Below, in pieces: positions 25,713 through 38,456 of a DNA stretch of 64,000 nt. The position numbers and the translations under genes were made by a program. Source of the DNA: Tubulanus polymorphus (Eukaryota; Animalia; Nemertea). The notes beneath the pieces are model-generated. The model did not search any database. It was not told the DNA's origin and was given only the letters and a program-made list of their open reading frames with translations. How positions within the stretch are numbered: the stretch's first letter is position 1; the number at the start of each line of letters is the position of its first letter. The stretch covers positions 24,050,950 to 24,114,949 of the forward strand of contig NC_134029.1 of the NCBI RefSeq assembly GCF_964204645.1, in the 5' to 3' direction.

Positions 25713-27689
25713 ATGATGCGACCCGTAAATACCAATATTGATGAAGGTATTGAAAGTTGACGTGAAGAAATGTATTTATTAGATGTCGTTTTTCTTTGTA
25801 GAAAATGAGAGGAAAAAGTCAAAAGAAGTAATTAGTAATGCTATGTACCAAAATAAGCCACCAAAATCTGTCTAAGCCGACTGACAGTTCATCTAGGGTT
25901 AAGGACTGTTTTGTTTATGTTAGTTCACATCGTGCGGATCTTGATTTCCTAATTTCCAAACCCCTATTAATTTGGTCATTTAACCTCATGATTGTCTGAC
26001 AACAATCTTACTATAGGCCTGACGAAATTAGCAGCTTGAGTCGTTACAAACTTTAATCAGACACCGAACCTTTAGGTACTAACAATTTTGTAGTATGATT
26101 TTATAATGTGTATGTTTATATATTTGTAGATAGCACTCAGCGGCCGAAATTTTACACTGATGCGGAAAAATACTGGGGAAGCGTGCCGTCGACTGTGAAT
26201 GGAATGTTAGGTGGATTTTCACATATATCACCAACTGATATCAATGGATCTCGAGATTTCATCATACCATTTCTAGAAAAGGTGAATATTTCATTGACAA
26301 CCTCCTTCGAGGAGGACCCAAACCTGATGACATCTTGAGACTCTGCCACGTTCCTCCCTTGACAGGGATTTGAACCTGATGACATCGTGAGACTCTGCCA
26401 CGTTCCTCCCTTGACAGGGATTTGAACCTGATGACATCGTGAGACTCTGCCACGTTCCTCCCTTGACAGGGATTTGAACCTGATGACATCGTGAGACTCT
26501 GCCACGTTCCTCCCTTGACAGGGATTCGAACCTGATGACATCGTGAGACTCTGCCACGTTCCTCCCTTGACAGGGATTTGAACCTGATGACATCGTGAGA
26601 CTCTGCCACGTTCCTCCCTTGACAGGGATTTGAACCTGATGACATCGTGAGACTCTGCCACGTTACTCCCTCAGCAGGGATTCGAACCTGATGACATCGT
26701 GAGACTCTGCCACGTTCCTCCCTTGACAGGGATTTGAACCTGATGACATCGTGAGACTCTGCCACGTTCCTCCCTTGACAGGGATTTGAACCTGATGACA
26801 TCGTGAGACTCTGCCACGTTCCTCCCTTGACAGGGATTCGAACCTGATGACATCGTGAGACTCTGCCACGTTCCTCCCTTGACAGGGATTTGAACCTGAT
26901 GACATCGTGAGACTCTGCCACGTTCCTCCCTTGACAGGGATTTGAACCTGATGACATCGTGAGACTCTGCCACGTTACTCCCTCAGCAGGGATTCGAACC
27001 TGATGACATCGTGAGACTCTGCCACATTCCTCCCTTGACAGGGATTCGAACCTGATGACATCATGAGAATTTGAAAATGGATGTTCGAATGTGTGCCGAG
27101 GGCCGATGTACTTTCTGACGAATTCGTTCTTTCAATTGAAATATTCAATGTACAGATTTTGTTTGTTTTTCTACAGGATTCACAAACAGGAACCGGTAAA
27201 AAGCGAGCTCTCGATTGCGGTGCGGGAATCGGTCGTATCACCAAACGACTTTTACTGCCGATATTTGACGAGGTCGATATGGTCGAGGTCAATCCTAATT
27301 TCATCGAAGAAGCGAAAACGTTCCTCGGCGATGAGGCTAAACGCGTCGGCAATTTTTTCTGTAGCGGTTTACAGAATTTCACTCCGGAAAAAGGACGTTA
27401 CGACGTGATATGGATTCAGTGGGTTATCGGCCATTTAACCGATAAAGACTTTGTTGATTTTTTGAATCGTTGCGTCGAAGGCTTGACGCAGAACGGTCTG
27501 ATCGTCGTGAAAGATAATTTATCATCTACGGAATTACTGTTCGATGAACAGGATAGTAGTTACACTCGTACTCAACAACAATTAGAAGCCGTGTTCGAAA
27601 GCGCTGGATTTAGAATATTGAAAAACGAGAAACAGAAAAATTTTCCGACCGGTCTATACGCGGTACGCACATACGCGCTTCAAAAATAA
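25713..27689 (+). CDS. NTMT1: N-terminal Xaa-Pro-Lys N-methyltransferase 1 (METTL11A family)
   Basis: Exons 25713-25746, 26130-26281 and 27177-27689 (TAA). Motifs FYTDAEKYW..VPSTVNGMLGGFSHIS, ALDCGAGIGRITKRLLLP (SAM motif I), YDVIWIQWVIGHLTD, VKDN and DEQDSS match NTMT1. AATAAA at ~27732. Exon 1 is inferred from phase. Confidence 0.95.
26321..27068. repeat. 52-bp minisatellite (~14 copies) in NTMT1 intron; tRNA-derived A/B boxes on the minus strand
   Basis: Unit aacctgatgacatcgtgagactctgccacgttcctcccttgacagggatttg. The reverse complement contains GTGGCAGAGT and GGTTC(A/G)AATCC. Confidence 0.95.
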
Positions 27690-28078
27690 TGCTTTTATCA
27701 TGATCTACAGGTGCATGTTTTCTACATGTTTAATAAAGAATATGATCTGGAATTCGTGACCTTCTATTTAGTTATTACTTTAGGATCAAATCTTCAGCAC
27801 TCAGGATTTTTACTAGTCGTCAACAAACTGTATTATTGTCGCTGGAACTATCATTATGTTAACGACTTGTGCGACTCTTTCACTGAATTCAAAACACAAC
27901 ATTTGGAATTAATGTAATGTCGGCTGCGATGGTTTTCACCAGCAGATTCGCTCTACCAATAAAACACATCCGATTGGCTCGTTATATCGACTGGTGACCA
28001 CTGGTTATGATAATACATTTAAGAATAAATGAGATACAGGTATTTCGCTGTGGTTCATGTTGTGTACACAGGGTCTGT

Positions 28079-28114
28079 CCATGGACGTATAAACTAGAGT
28101 TTATACGTCCATCG
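28079..28114. mobile_element. Tiny palindromic element (same family as 14462-14504)
   Basis: Perfect 15-bp arms atggacgtataaact-ag-agtttatacgtccat, flanked by TCTGT on both sides. Confidence 0.75.
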
Positions 28115-29767
28115 TCTGTCCATTCAGTCGTATGATTCCTCCGCTGACAATGATTAGGCGACATGATGGCGTCCATTACAATTGGTGTTGCAATAAAAAG
28201 GATTTGTTTGCAAAAACAATCACAACAAAATGCATTCAACAAGTCAAATAACATCAGATTTTGCTACAGAAGCTTTTTATTTAGCATTGATAGAATGTAT
28301 TTAGAGAAGTGTATTTATTGGTCTACAGTGATTTTACAGGTCGGTCGTGTTCAACAGTTATCAATTGAACTAGAGTCCAGAGTTCTGACACAAGTACCTT
28401 TTGAAACAAGTTGTATGCTCATAAACATTGAATACAATTCGAAGTGATATTCCTATTTGAAGTACTATCGGATTAGGCGTATTATACAAATCGATGATTT
28501 GTGTAGTTGTCGTTCCCTGTTTTTTTCTGAACACTATTGAATCATACAAATTCGAATCAATGCTATGTAGAGAAAGTAATATACTACTGACAGATATAGT
28601 ATATCGAGCAAACAACTTAAAACCATTAACACTAAATTTGAATGGACAATATATCTCACTTTGATTAATACACGCAGACCTTAACCCTTTCGATTAAATG
28701 ATTTTAGTTACGACGTCCTCGACAAATCTTAATTGATATCGGAATGAGACCTGAATTAGTTATTTTTTCCATAGCCAGATAATAATAATACGAGCCATAG
28801 CTGCATATATATAAACCGGTATATAAGATACTGATAATACTGGGTCAAGATCGCCGTCCGGTTGAGAGAAGAGTTTTCGGATGCGATACGGAAAAAACTT
28901 CGCTCGACCCTCGTTTTAAATATTCACCATTACGGATATACGGGAATAAAGGATTGAAATAAACAATTTACGAGTGGATCTCGGTAAAACTATTCCATTA
29001 ATCGTGATAAACGAATCCGAAATAATGAGATAATTAACACATCTGCAAAAACTGAAATCGTAAACATCAATAAGCTCACCTTATCTAGGAGGGTATATAT
29101 ACAAAGTAAGTAAATATATTACATTCAGTGATATTTATATAATATATATATATATAGAACTTTCATCATTTACATATTCATTCTCATATTTATAATATAT
29201 TCGATATAATTATATCGTTTGTGGCGTGAAATAGCAATAGATTATACATGTACTACGATATACACCAAGGTAGCCCGAACCCAGTATAAAATCTAGCAAA
29301 AACACCGAGAGACAATATATTCAGGATTTACTATAGACTTTTACGCGTATTTCTATTCATGTCTGATGTAAGCGTAGGTGGCAACGTGCGGGGTGAAGTT
29401 GAAAGCAAAATGCAGTGATTGCGCGAGAGACCTTGAAGGAATTCACTCATTTCTACCACACGTAAGATTCAGAACCATATTTCCCCTGTTTACTACCGAG
29501 GACAGCAGCACAATCACGCGACAAGAAATCAACACGCCACCGTTAGAAAGAATTTAATAAATATACATCGTCGATTTCATCCGTTTCATATTTGTATTCA
29601 TTTAATGAAGAGGAAATTAGCGCACGTTTTCTAACATTACAACCAGATAATTACACTACCATTAACACGTATATTCCATGACAATGAAAAGATTTTGAAC
29701 CTTCAAATAAAACAATCCACAATCGCCAAAATGTGGTCAATAAAATGAGGTACCGGGGTTACGCCAT

Positions 29768-29915
29768 CAGGGGCCGGTTCCATAGTGAGGGCTTAGACTT
29801 AGGCTTAGACCAGTCTAAAACCAACTTAGTTCTATAGCCAATCTAACAACTTAAGACCAGTCTTAAGATTTAAGACCACTTTTGGACTAAGTCACGACTG
29901 TGCAACTGGCCCCTG
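29768..29915. mobile_element. PIF/Harbinger-like MITE
   Basis: Termini cag-GGGCCGGTTCCA ... TGCAACTGGCCC-ctg with internal ttaagacc/ttagacc repeats. A related decayed internal sequence occurs at ~35110-35230. Confidence 0.7.
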
Positions 29916-30892
29916 GTGTATAGCGCCGGTACTATCTCACTTTGAAACGCCCGCTTAAAATTCTAGGGCACAAAAACTATGAATTCACACCGATTATGCG
30001 TAAGTTCACAAGTTTACGGGTCATTTCGAGTATCGACGACACACGCATATCGAAAAGCATTAAACCCCACTACTTAAGTAGATCTTGATGATTAATACAT
30101 CGCGGAGCTCAGCGAAGAGTCCTAGATCGGTCAGTTCGGATACTCGGTTAATGCTGTAATACGCGCGTCGCCAACAACGCAACGAAAATGACTCGTAAAC
30201 TTTATGACTGATCACTGAAATATCGAACACGGTAATATTGAGCTTTAGGCACATTTCGATCGAACGTATCCCGATTAGGGAATAACAATACCGGATTAGG
30301 AAACTCTAACAGGCAAGATTATGCTATCGCGGAATACGTAGAGAGTATTCACCGGAAGAGAATTCCAGAATCGGTACCGACCGATCGGAACGTACCTTAT
30401 TTTAATGAGCTGGCTCATGTTTGATAAAGAGCGCTGCAGGCTCGATATCAACACCTACCTAGTTATTATGAATCAAAAATACTAGAATGCAGCACATCAA
30501 TCAAATATTCAATAAAGCGTGTTTATTTCTAAGTGTACGGATATGAGTGATATGTGTCGGTTGTTAAAATCAGATCAGGTTAAAGAAACGCTGAGAATAC
30601 ATTCACCCACTGACTGATGAGGCTAGACCAGAGGCGGGATCGCCGAGATCACCGAGATCGTTAATATCACTACTCTTGTCGATCTTGAGACGTTATGCGT
30701 ACGTCTCGCGGAGCTCTGATCATCGAGTCCTCAGATCGGTTATTTCGGATTCTTGATTAACGAGTCGGTACTCGCCGCCTCGGAATATCTACACCAGCCG
30801 GTTACGCGAATATTATCAACAGCTTCGGTTAAAAGTGTGGAATGTGGGACATCTACTTGTATAAGGAATCATTTTATAGGATTTTATATTAA

Positions 30893-31068
30893 TACAGCGG
30901 AACCTCGTTACAAAACTAACATCAGGAGACTTGAAAATCTGTTCGTTATAACTGATACATATGATAGTTCATTATTTCCCGCATGAAATTAGTAAAATTG
31001 TCCTGATCGGGACAAAAAGTCGATACAAATCGTTATATGCAAGGTCATTATAGCGAGCTTCCGCTGTA
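30893..31068. mobile_element. Tc1/mariner-type MITE (second copy)
   Basis: TA-CAGCGGAACCTCGTTA ... TAGCGAGCTTCCGCTG-TA; interior similar to 24881-25037. Confidence 0.8.
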
Positions 31069-31390
31069 TTCCTATTTAAAGCTGCATTTCTCGTGAATTT
31101 TTCCATTCATCGATTTAATGAAATGTGTTTATGAAGAACCGATGAAAGCACAGTTATTAGAAGCACTTTACTGCTATACTACTTAATATCTATTTTTGAA
31201 TTTTAACAGTGAAATTTCATCTCGCCTACTCGCGACATTTTCATTCATCCAGCGCGGTATTTAACCTTTTTCAAACATTTATTATTATAATTATTGAACT
31301 ACTCGAACCAACGGACCCGGAACCACGGAGCTAACCGCGATGTATTTTCAATCACTACCGAGAATCAGTAACTAATCCTAATTCTGCTCC

Positions 31391-31455
31391 GTGGAACTGG
31401 GATCCCTGGAACCGAGATTCCTGGAACTGGGATCCCTGGAACCGAGATTCCTGGT
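31391..31455. repeat. Short tandem repeat (~31-bp dimer of 15/16-mers)
   Basis: ggaactgggatccctggaaccgagattcct occurs twice in tandem. Confidence 0.8.
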
Positions 31456-31767
31456 GCCATTCATTAAATATAATAAGTGCAGCAGATTACATTCGACTGT
31501 ACATCATTCTTTGTCATGTACACAGATACTACCATTGAAAAATATCAAGCTTCTCAACTCATTATTCTGAATGCGGACAGCAGTTTTAAAACATCTATTC
31601 AATTTTCTCTTTTTTTTCTGTAAATTTCAAATAAATCATGAAGAACATTCAGAAATGCGCGAGAGCTTCTGATCGGAATTCAGAGAGCTGATGATTAAGA
31701 GACATCGATGATTAAAATGGGGTTGATTTGAACTGTGTCTCTCCGACGCGAGGCAGACGTCGATCAA

Positions 31768-34700
31768 TCACTGCTCGATCCACGAAGGTTTACCGGCGTT
31801 CGGCTGCTTCAGTTTGATGTTGAATCGTTTTAATGTCGCCTCCAGTTCCGTCTGATTACCGGAGAAATACGCAGATACCGCATTGTGGAATAGTAGTAAC
31901 TGTTTATGCATGACCTTCACCTAAAAAAAAAAAAAAACAGACAAATTCACCAATGGTCTTAATCTTTATTAACAATTAATAAGTTTTTACCCAAGAATAA
32001 AATCAGCAAATCTTTTCATGACAGATTCAGAAGAATTTTTCTTCCGATCTCCAGAGATTTACAGTCAACCATTGGATTAGTCGTCACATCACTATTTTTG
32101 AGTGCCAGTTCCCCACAGAGTGACCTTAATTATCCTGAGTTATCCTACGTCGACTGTTTATGAATTTTTTTCAAGTAAATCTCTGAAAATGTGTAGAAGC
32201 ATTCTACCCGAAATGTCAGGTTAACAGATTTTTGCTGATAAATCTTCAATATTGTAGTTGTTTTATACACGCTACATACAGACAGCGACTCGTTAAGTCT
32301 GAATGGATTTCAAGATTAAGATAGCTGAATTCTAAAGTTCTAAAAAAACCTGATTTACCAGAAATGGAAAATTCGGTAAATCCTATCAATATTCGATGCC
32401 AAAAATGTATCGATGAACCTCGTTATAACTTCGTAACCCAGAATTTCATCCCAAACAGGACAATTTTGATTGATAATTTTCGACTGGATATAATAAATTT
32501 TCGGTTATAACGAACAAATTTTCTGGTTCACTGAAGTTCGTCGTAACGAGATTCCGTTTTTAATGCCTTAAATTTGAACATTCTTTAGAACTAGGTTCCA
32601 CCATATGGTACAAAAGAAATAAGACATGATTCATTAGTTATAGCATGACAACAAAATTTTCCATCAAAAAATATAAATGAACAATTACGAAAATGCTCTT
32701 ACTGAATTATTTCATGATCATATCCAATTAATTAAAAGGTTGATTACTAGTGTAATCCATAATCAATATGGAATATGTCACCAGTAAGACTCATGTCGGG
32801 TCTTACATCATCATACAATACCAAACACTGAACATATGTTTCATTTATCTATAGACATCAACTCAACTGAATTAAACTGTCAGTGCTCAGTACTAGAGCA
32901 TACAGCGCGCGCAGGCGGCAAGCTGTTGCAACATTATCTACGCAGATATTCTGATAAAACTATATTTATTCTATATCAGTATATATCACCACAGTGCTGT
33001 GTGAATGATAAAAGTGCTCTCTGCTCTCACTACCACCGATTGATTTGATGAATAGTTTTTTTGTTGACGAGACCCGCGCTCGAGATAAAATAATTCATGC
33101 AGAAAATATTCAACGGAGATTTGAAAAGAAATATCTGAACAAACAACCATACATGGACTCTCAATATTCATACAAATTAAACAGATTAAAAGTTCCAATT
33201 TCAGACACTAGTTTCACATATAAATTCCCCTCTTTTTACTTCTAAAAACAGCTAAGCTTTTCAACATACTACTACATGCAATAAACACGAAACAATCATC
33301 TTCTTTTAAATACTTTTTTCATGCGCTTTCTCACTTTTTCTCACATTTTTTACGACAGGTATTTACGACATATCCTCTGCGAAACGATTAACAGAATTTC
33401 GTTCATGTATGGTTTACTGTGTTCAGCGAGTTGAAATAGTCACAAATACAACATTTTACGAGATTGAATTTTACAAAGAGCCGCGACGACACAAGATTCA
33501 TTCATTTCTCGCATACGTAAAGCTCGCTAATTAAAGCATATTCAATTTCATCGGTTATGATAAAAACGCTGCCTACAAACGATTGATTAAGCGGAAGAAA
33601 TAGGGTTGCGTAAAATTAGTGCGACTGGGAACAATTGATTAGTATATTAAGCAAAATTGAAGAGTAGAATTGAGTAATTAATGCATTAAGTAAACTGCAT
33701 TTTTGTAAATGAACGTATTATTGTTTGAGGTTAGTTTTTATGAAAGAACTGAGAAAGCAACACGTTTCGACGAGTTAGAAATATGCGCAGAATATACTCG
33801 AACGAAACAAAAAAACGACTGATATGATTTCAGAAAGAGTTTAATCAACCATAGAATCAATAGAATCAATAGATCAATTGATTGATTGATCACGTGTTGC
33901 GTGCGTATGAATGAACAGTCTAATACAACACACAGTTAATAAACAGCCATCACCTACAGAGAGGGGAATTTATAGAAAACCAGCTAACCTTCCAGCATTA
34001 TTAGTTTGCATGAGGGATCTGTAGTTTGTTCAGAGCTTCATTAAGTTCGGCTTCGTTGCCCGCAAAATAGCCGGCAACTGCTTTTTGGAAGAGACACAAC
34101 TGTTTGTGCATTACTTTCACCTATTGTAATATAGAAGAGAGAGACAGAGAGGGTGAGGTGAGAGAGACCTGATCTAAAAAAAGTGACCCGCAATCAAAAT
34201 CGACTAATTCCAACCTGGAAAGTACCACAGAAAATGAAGAGCTTGAAATTCACAATCGCAAATAATGACGTAACTGTCAAACCCACAATAAAACAACCAT
34301 AAAGTTTGGAAACATCGACAAATTTAAAATTTAATTCTAGTACTGATTCTAGTTGGACATCAGTGACCTAACTTAAGTAACCTAAACGCTAGACCAAGAA
34401 GGTCTTATGCCCAAACAGTTGATTGAAGTCTCAACACGTGGAACTAAGACTTTTATACAAATTCCGAAATACGAATTGAAACGTTAAAATTTGCTTCAAA
34501 AAACAACCGAATTGTTACGAGAATGATGATGTTAGTTTAGCACCTAAAACACTATAGAATACTACATTCCTTTACATCTAACCCTCAACCGAATTCAAGC
34601 CTGAGAATAATTCGAATCTTTTGCGAAAATCTTTCGGAAAAGCCGCCAAAAAAAAAACGGAAAAACGCACAAAATCGATACCTTATTTTCTTCTAGGAAT

Positions 34701-36985
34701 TTCAATTTGATGCCGACGTCTGCCCGTAGACGGTCGAATTTCTCCTTGTGGGCGTGGAATTTTCTCTGAGCCTCTTCGATACGCGGCTGGTTAAACGCAT
34801 CGCGCGGACCCAAATTCAGGGCCTCTAAATCGGCACGATACGCGTCGTATTCAATCCTAGAATTAAAACAACGTTTATATACGACACATCCGTGTACTGA
34901 GTGAATAAACCAGAATGAGGCAAGTTACTATAAACGACACCAAAATAAAGAGTTCAACGCGTATTCAGAATCAACCAACCATAGAATCAGGGATTACTCG
35001 ATGGTTTAATTTCTAGGAATGTTAACCGTGTCTGACATTGGGTGGATTAGGTCTTATATCATAGACGACCAGGGTTCAATAACACATTACGGGCTCCTAA
35101 CATAAATAACACCAGTCTAATCTAGCTTCAACAAATAAAATCTAACAACTTAAGACCAGCTCAAGATCATTTTGGTTCTATAACTTATTTAACAACATAA
35201 AACCAGTCTGAGCTTATTTTGGTTCTACATATGTACAATCAATCTTAAAATTGAAGAATATATTTAAGACTAGAGTGAAGATTGCGCGACTGCACGCAGG
35301 GGGTTATAACTTACCTAGCTGTTTCATACTGTTTGACAGTAGTCAGTGTGTCTTCCATGGTTTTGTTACAAAGGGTGTTCACACCAGATGTGAAAAAGTT
35401 CATCGCACCTGTAAGTGATAAATAACCCGAAACAATGACGACGACGTCAATATTCTTAGAAACGAGTAACAAACCACAGATGAACGGAATACACTAATTA
35501 TATATAGATAAATATCATATCGAAATAATGTTTCGTGCAAACATGAATGATATCGTTTAATAGAATCAAAGATCAAATCATATAAACATTTACATAGGGC
35601 ACAATCTTCACTCCTAAATCAATCCTTAGATAATTCAAATTAATGAAGAAATGAATCCAGTTTGTGAAAAAGGCTCTCGATTCATCATTTATTTATGAGA
35701 CACAATTTATATTTCGATTGTAAGTTGTCTGAAATGAGTGAACTCACCGAGTAAAGTCTCGCCATTTTTACAGAGAGCTCTTTGCGTTTCGGCGTTGTAC
35801 GTGAATTCGTCTTGAAGTTCCGGTGATTTCTGCGACATGTCGGAAAACGATTCTCCGAGAGCTCGTTGCGTTTGTACCACGTGAAAGAAATGACTAGTCA
35901 AGGCTCGCGCCAGGCGCAATATGTTGGCGTATTTGCGTTGAGTATCGCGTAGCACTTCGATCTGCGATTCCAATTCTAGATCCACCGTCCTCGAGCCTTT
36001 CCCGAGTTTTTCCGAAATCATCTGTCGCGTACATTTATACGTATTTATTCCCCAAGCTTTCCATACTTCCAGTTTTGTGGCGCTATTCGATATGAGAGCC
36101 TTCGCGCGCCCCGAACCGGCATTACCCGCGTTATTCCCGTCGCCATTCCGCTGAGGGCTAGCTAATGGAACATTTGTGGTAGCTGCAACAGAAATTTTTT
36201 GTGAGATATACGTTTATGGACTCGAACAACTATTTACTCATTACCAGTCAGTGTTTGTGAGATTTGCCACATTTAAAAACTAACTGTCGTGTAAGTCTAC
36301 TTTATTATAAACCGGGCCCGGTATGACACCTGTCTTGTGATATAAGCACGACGCGAACACAAGTCTAAAACCCCATGGATTATCTTGGCAATGAATAGGA
36401 TACCATCAAGGCTACTGAGGCAAGTGAGGATTCAGCGATGATCCATATCAAGGATTATTAGTAGCACTGGGTTACAAAACTTCAATTTCTTTCTACATTC
36501 CAATTATATTCAAATCTATTTTTCTCATTAGTAAATCTTACGATACAAAATCCAACTTTAGTTTCAGACAAACGGAATCAGGGCTGAAAGTGACACGTGC
36601 TTACCAGGGGAGGGGTACTGAATATGATCTCGGAATGGAGCTTACCAGGGGGTACTGAATATGATCTCGGAATGGAGCTTACCAGGGGGTACTGAATATG
36701 ATCTCGGAATGGAGCTTACCAGGGGGTACTGAATATGATCTCGGAATGGAGCTTACCAGGGGGTACTGAATATGACCTTGGAATGGAAGTCTGCGGTAAA
36801 CTGCTTGGTATACGAGGAGAAGAATCATCCTTGCTATACGTCGTCGTTCGCTGATTTCCCGACAACACGTTAGAACTATTCAAATCTAAATTCGGCGCAT
36901 CTTTCAACATATCGTGTAAATCCTGCTCGAACGTGTCTTCATCTTCCTGATTGCCGTTCGTGATCTGCCCGCGTACCTCGGTCAT
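31768..36985 (-). CDS. ARFIP2: Arfaptin (arfaptin-2-like BAR/AH domain protein), canonical C-terminal isoform
   Basis: Exons 36985-36757, 36182-35748, 35408-35315, 34856-34682 and 31920-31768 (TGA). Motifs [80 protein letters not shown] and PSWIEQ. A non-coding first exon ends at the donor at 38320. This is probably a single invertebrate arfaptin, so ARFIP1 versus ARFIP2 is not resolvable. Confidence 0.93.
32415..32556. mobile_element. Tc1/mariner-type MITE (third copy, opposite orientation, ends decayed)
   Basis: gaacctcgttataac ... ctgaagttcgtcgtaacgagattccg; interior is the reverse complement of the copies at 24881 and 30893. Confidence 0.65.
34001..34120 (-). CDS. Arfaptin alternative (duplicated) terminal exon
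   Basis: Acceptor ...tctcttctatattacaatag followed by [39 protein letters not shown]. It is paralogous to, and in the same phase as, exon 31920-31768. Confidence 0.8.
   Translation of the reverse strand: MKVMHKQLCLFQKAVAGYFAGNEAELNEALNKLQIPHAN
36599..36788. repeat. 37-bp tandem repeat (5 copies) spanning the arfaptin exon end and 5' splice site
   Basis: Unit gcttaccagggggtactgaatatgatctcggaatgga. Potential exon ends at 36757, 36720, 36683, 36646 and 36605. Confidence 0.95.
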
Positions 36986-38456
36986 TCTCCCACTGGCTTA
37001 TCTTTACCCTGCAAATAAAATCAAACACAAAATATTTTTGAATACGGAGATTTAAAGTGTCATATTTCCTTCACCCTGAAGCGCCACCTGACAAGACCGG
37101 ATAAAAAACCTCGAGTAAAGAAATTCAGCTACCAATGATTTAATTCGGTAAGAGTGTAACAGAAACCTCGGCCAATGCACAGACCTCCTCTCATCCATAC
37201 AAACATAAACATCTAACCCTTAAAGCTTTCTGAATTTTACCAAGCTATGACCAAACATTGGAAGGTGTCCCGGGGGTAAAATGGTCACATTCTTTAATTC
37301 CAGTTCACTAAATTCAATCAACTATATTAAACTATATCAAACTTGAAAAGCACCACCATTTATTCTTAGTTTTAAGCTGTCAGAGCATTTGATCCACAAA
37401 AATATAAGCTACGTTAAACACAGTACATGGTACAGTTTTCATTTTGAACGCGGCAAGTGAGATGAGCTGTAAGCTGGATGACGTATGACATGACATACCT
37501 AACACCAGCATTCTACTCAAATACTGCACAATCGATCAGACATTCAGCTATTTCTAAATCCTGAAAATAATTCCATTTCGATTAATCTTACAGAACCTAA
37601 AACTGAAACCAAATACATGCTCGAAATGAATCATATCAAAATCAACACGATTTATTTCAATTCCATCACCCATCTCTCTGACACCCTCCTCATCTACTCC
37701 TGTGGTTTATGAAATATCCATTGTATTCATGAAACGAACTGAACGTGTCTCACCGCGGTTTAAGTCACCTTTTCACTATGTGGCGCTAGTGTTGATATCA
37801 AAGATGAGTGTTATGGTTAGGTTAGGTACGATCATAGGGACACAAACTGCAGATGCTCCGCTTTAAACCTGTTTAAACAGGAAACCATTTAAACTCCAAT
37901 TCATGGAAACCCAGATTTTGACCTCGCCCTTTTACTTACACATGGACTTCTGAAATCCCACACGATTGATGGCACCAAACCAACCAACCAACACCCCAAC
38001 CCACTCCCAGACCAGGCTATTGTTTGCTTACTAAGTTTATCACATCCCTACAAATATGAATAGCTTATACTGCAATCACTGAAGTAAGTGTTTAAATGAC
38101 TTTCTGGACCCGTTTTGGACTAAAAAGGCTCGTATTCATAAGAGCTTCGTCGTTTAAAATATAGATGGCAGCACCAGGAAAAGATCGATGTGTCGGCAAT
38201 TTCTGTCGCTATTCCGGAGACTTTTAACTCGATTCGGGCCACAAAGTGACCATTAAGATACAATTAATCGGATCTAAAGCCAATGAAGTTATGAGCGAAT
38301 ATATTCAATAATCGATTACCTCGTTTGTTTCTCATCAATCGAAGATTTAAACGTAGAATTTAGTAAAAAATATCCCGAAATCTGAAATATCCCAGTGAAT
38401 CACTTCCGCTGACGTAATGTATCTACCTGCAGATTTCCCTCACTTGCCGCAGTCGA

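Noticed and set aside
26152-26973. Long minus-strand ORFs (MSSGSNPCQGRNVAESHDVIRF... repeats, up to 231 aa)
   Set aside because: These are translations of the 52-bp minisatellite in a strand lacking stops, within an NTMT1 intron.
26321-27068. CRISPR array or tandem hammerhead (CTGATGA in every unit)
   Set aside because: There are no unique spacers or cas genes and the context is eukaryotic. No stem II followed by GAAA comes after CTGATGA.
30614-30660. Hammerhead-like CTGATGA-GGC...GCC-GAGA
   Set aside because: It has GAGA instead of GAAA and no convincing stems I and III.
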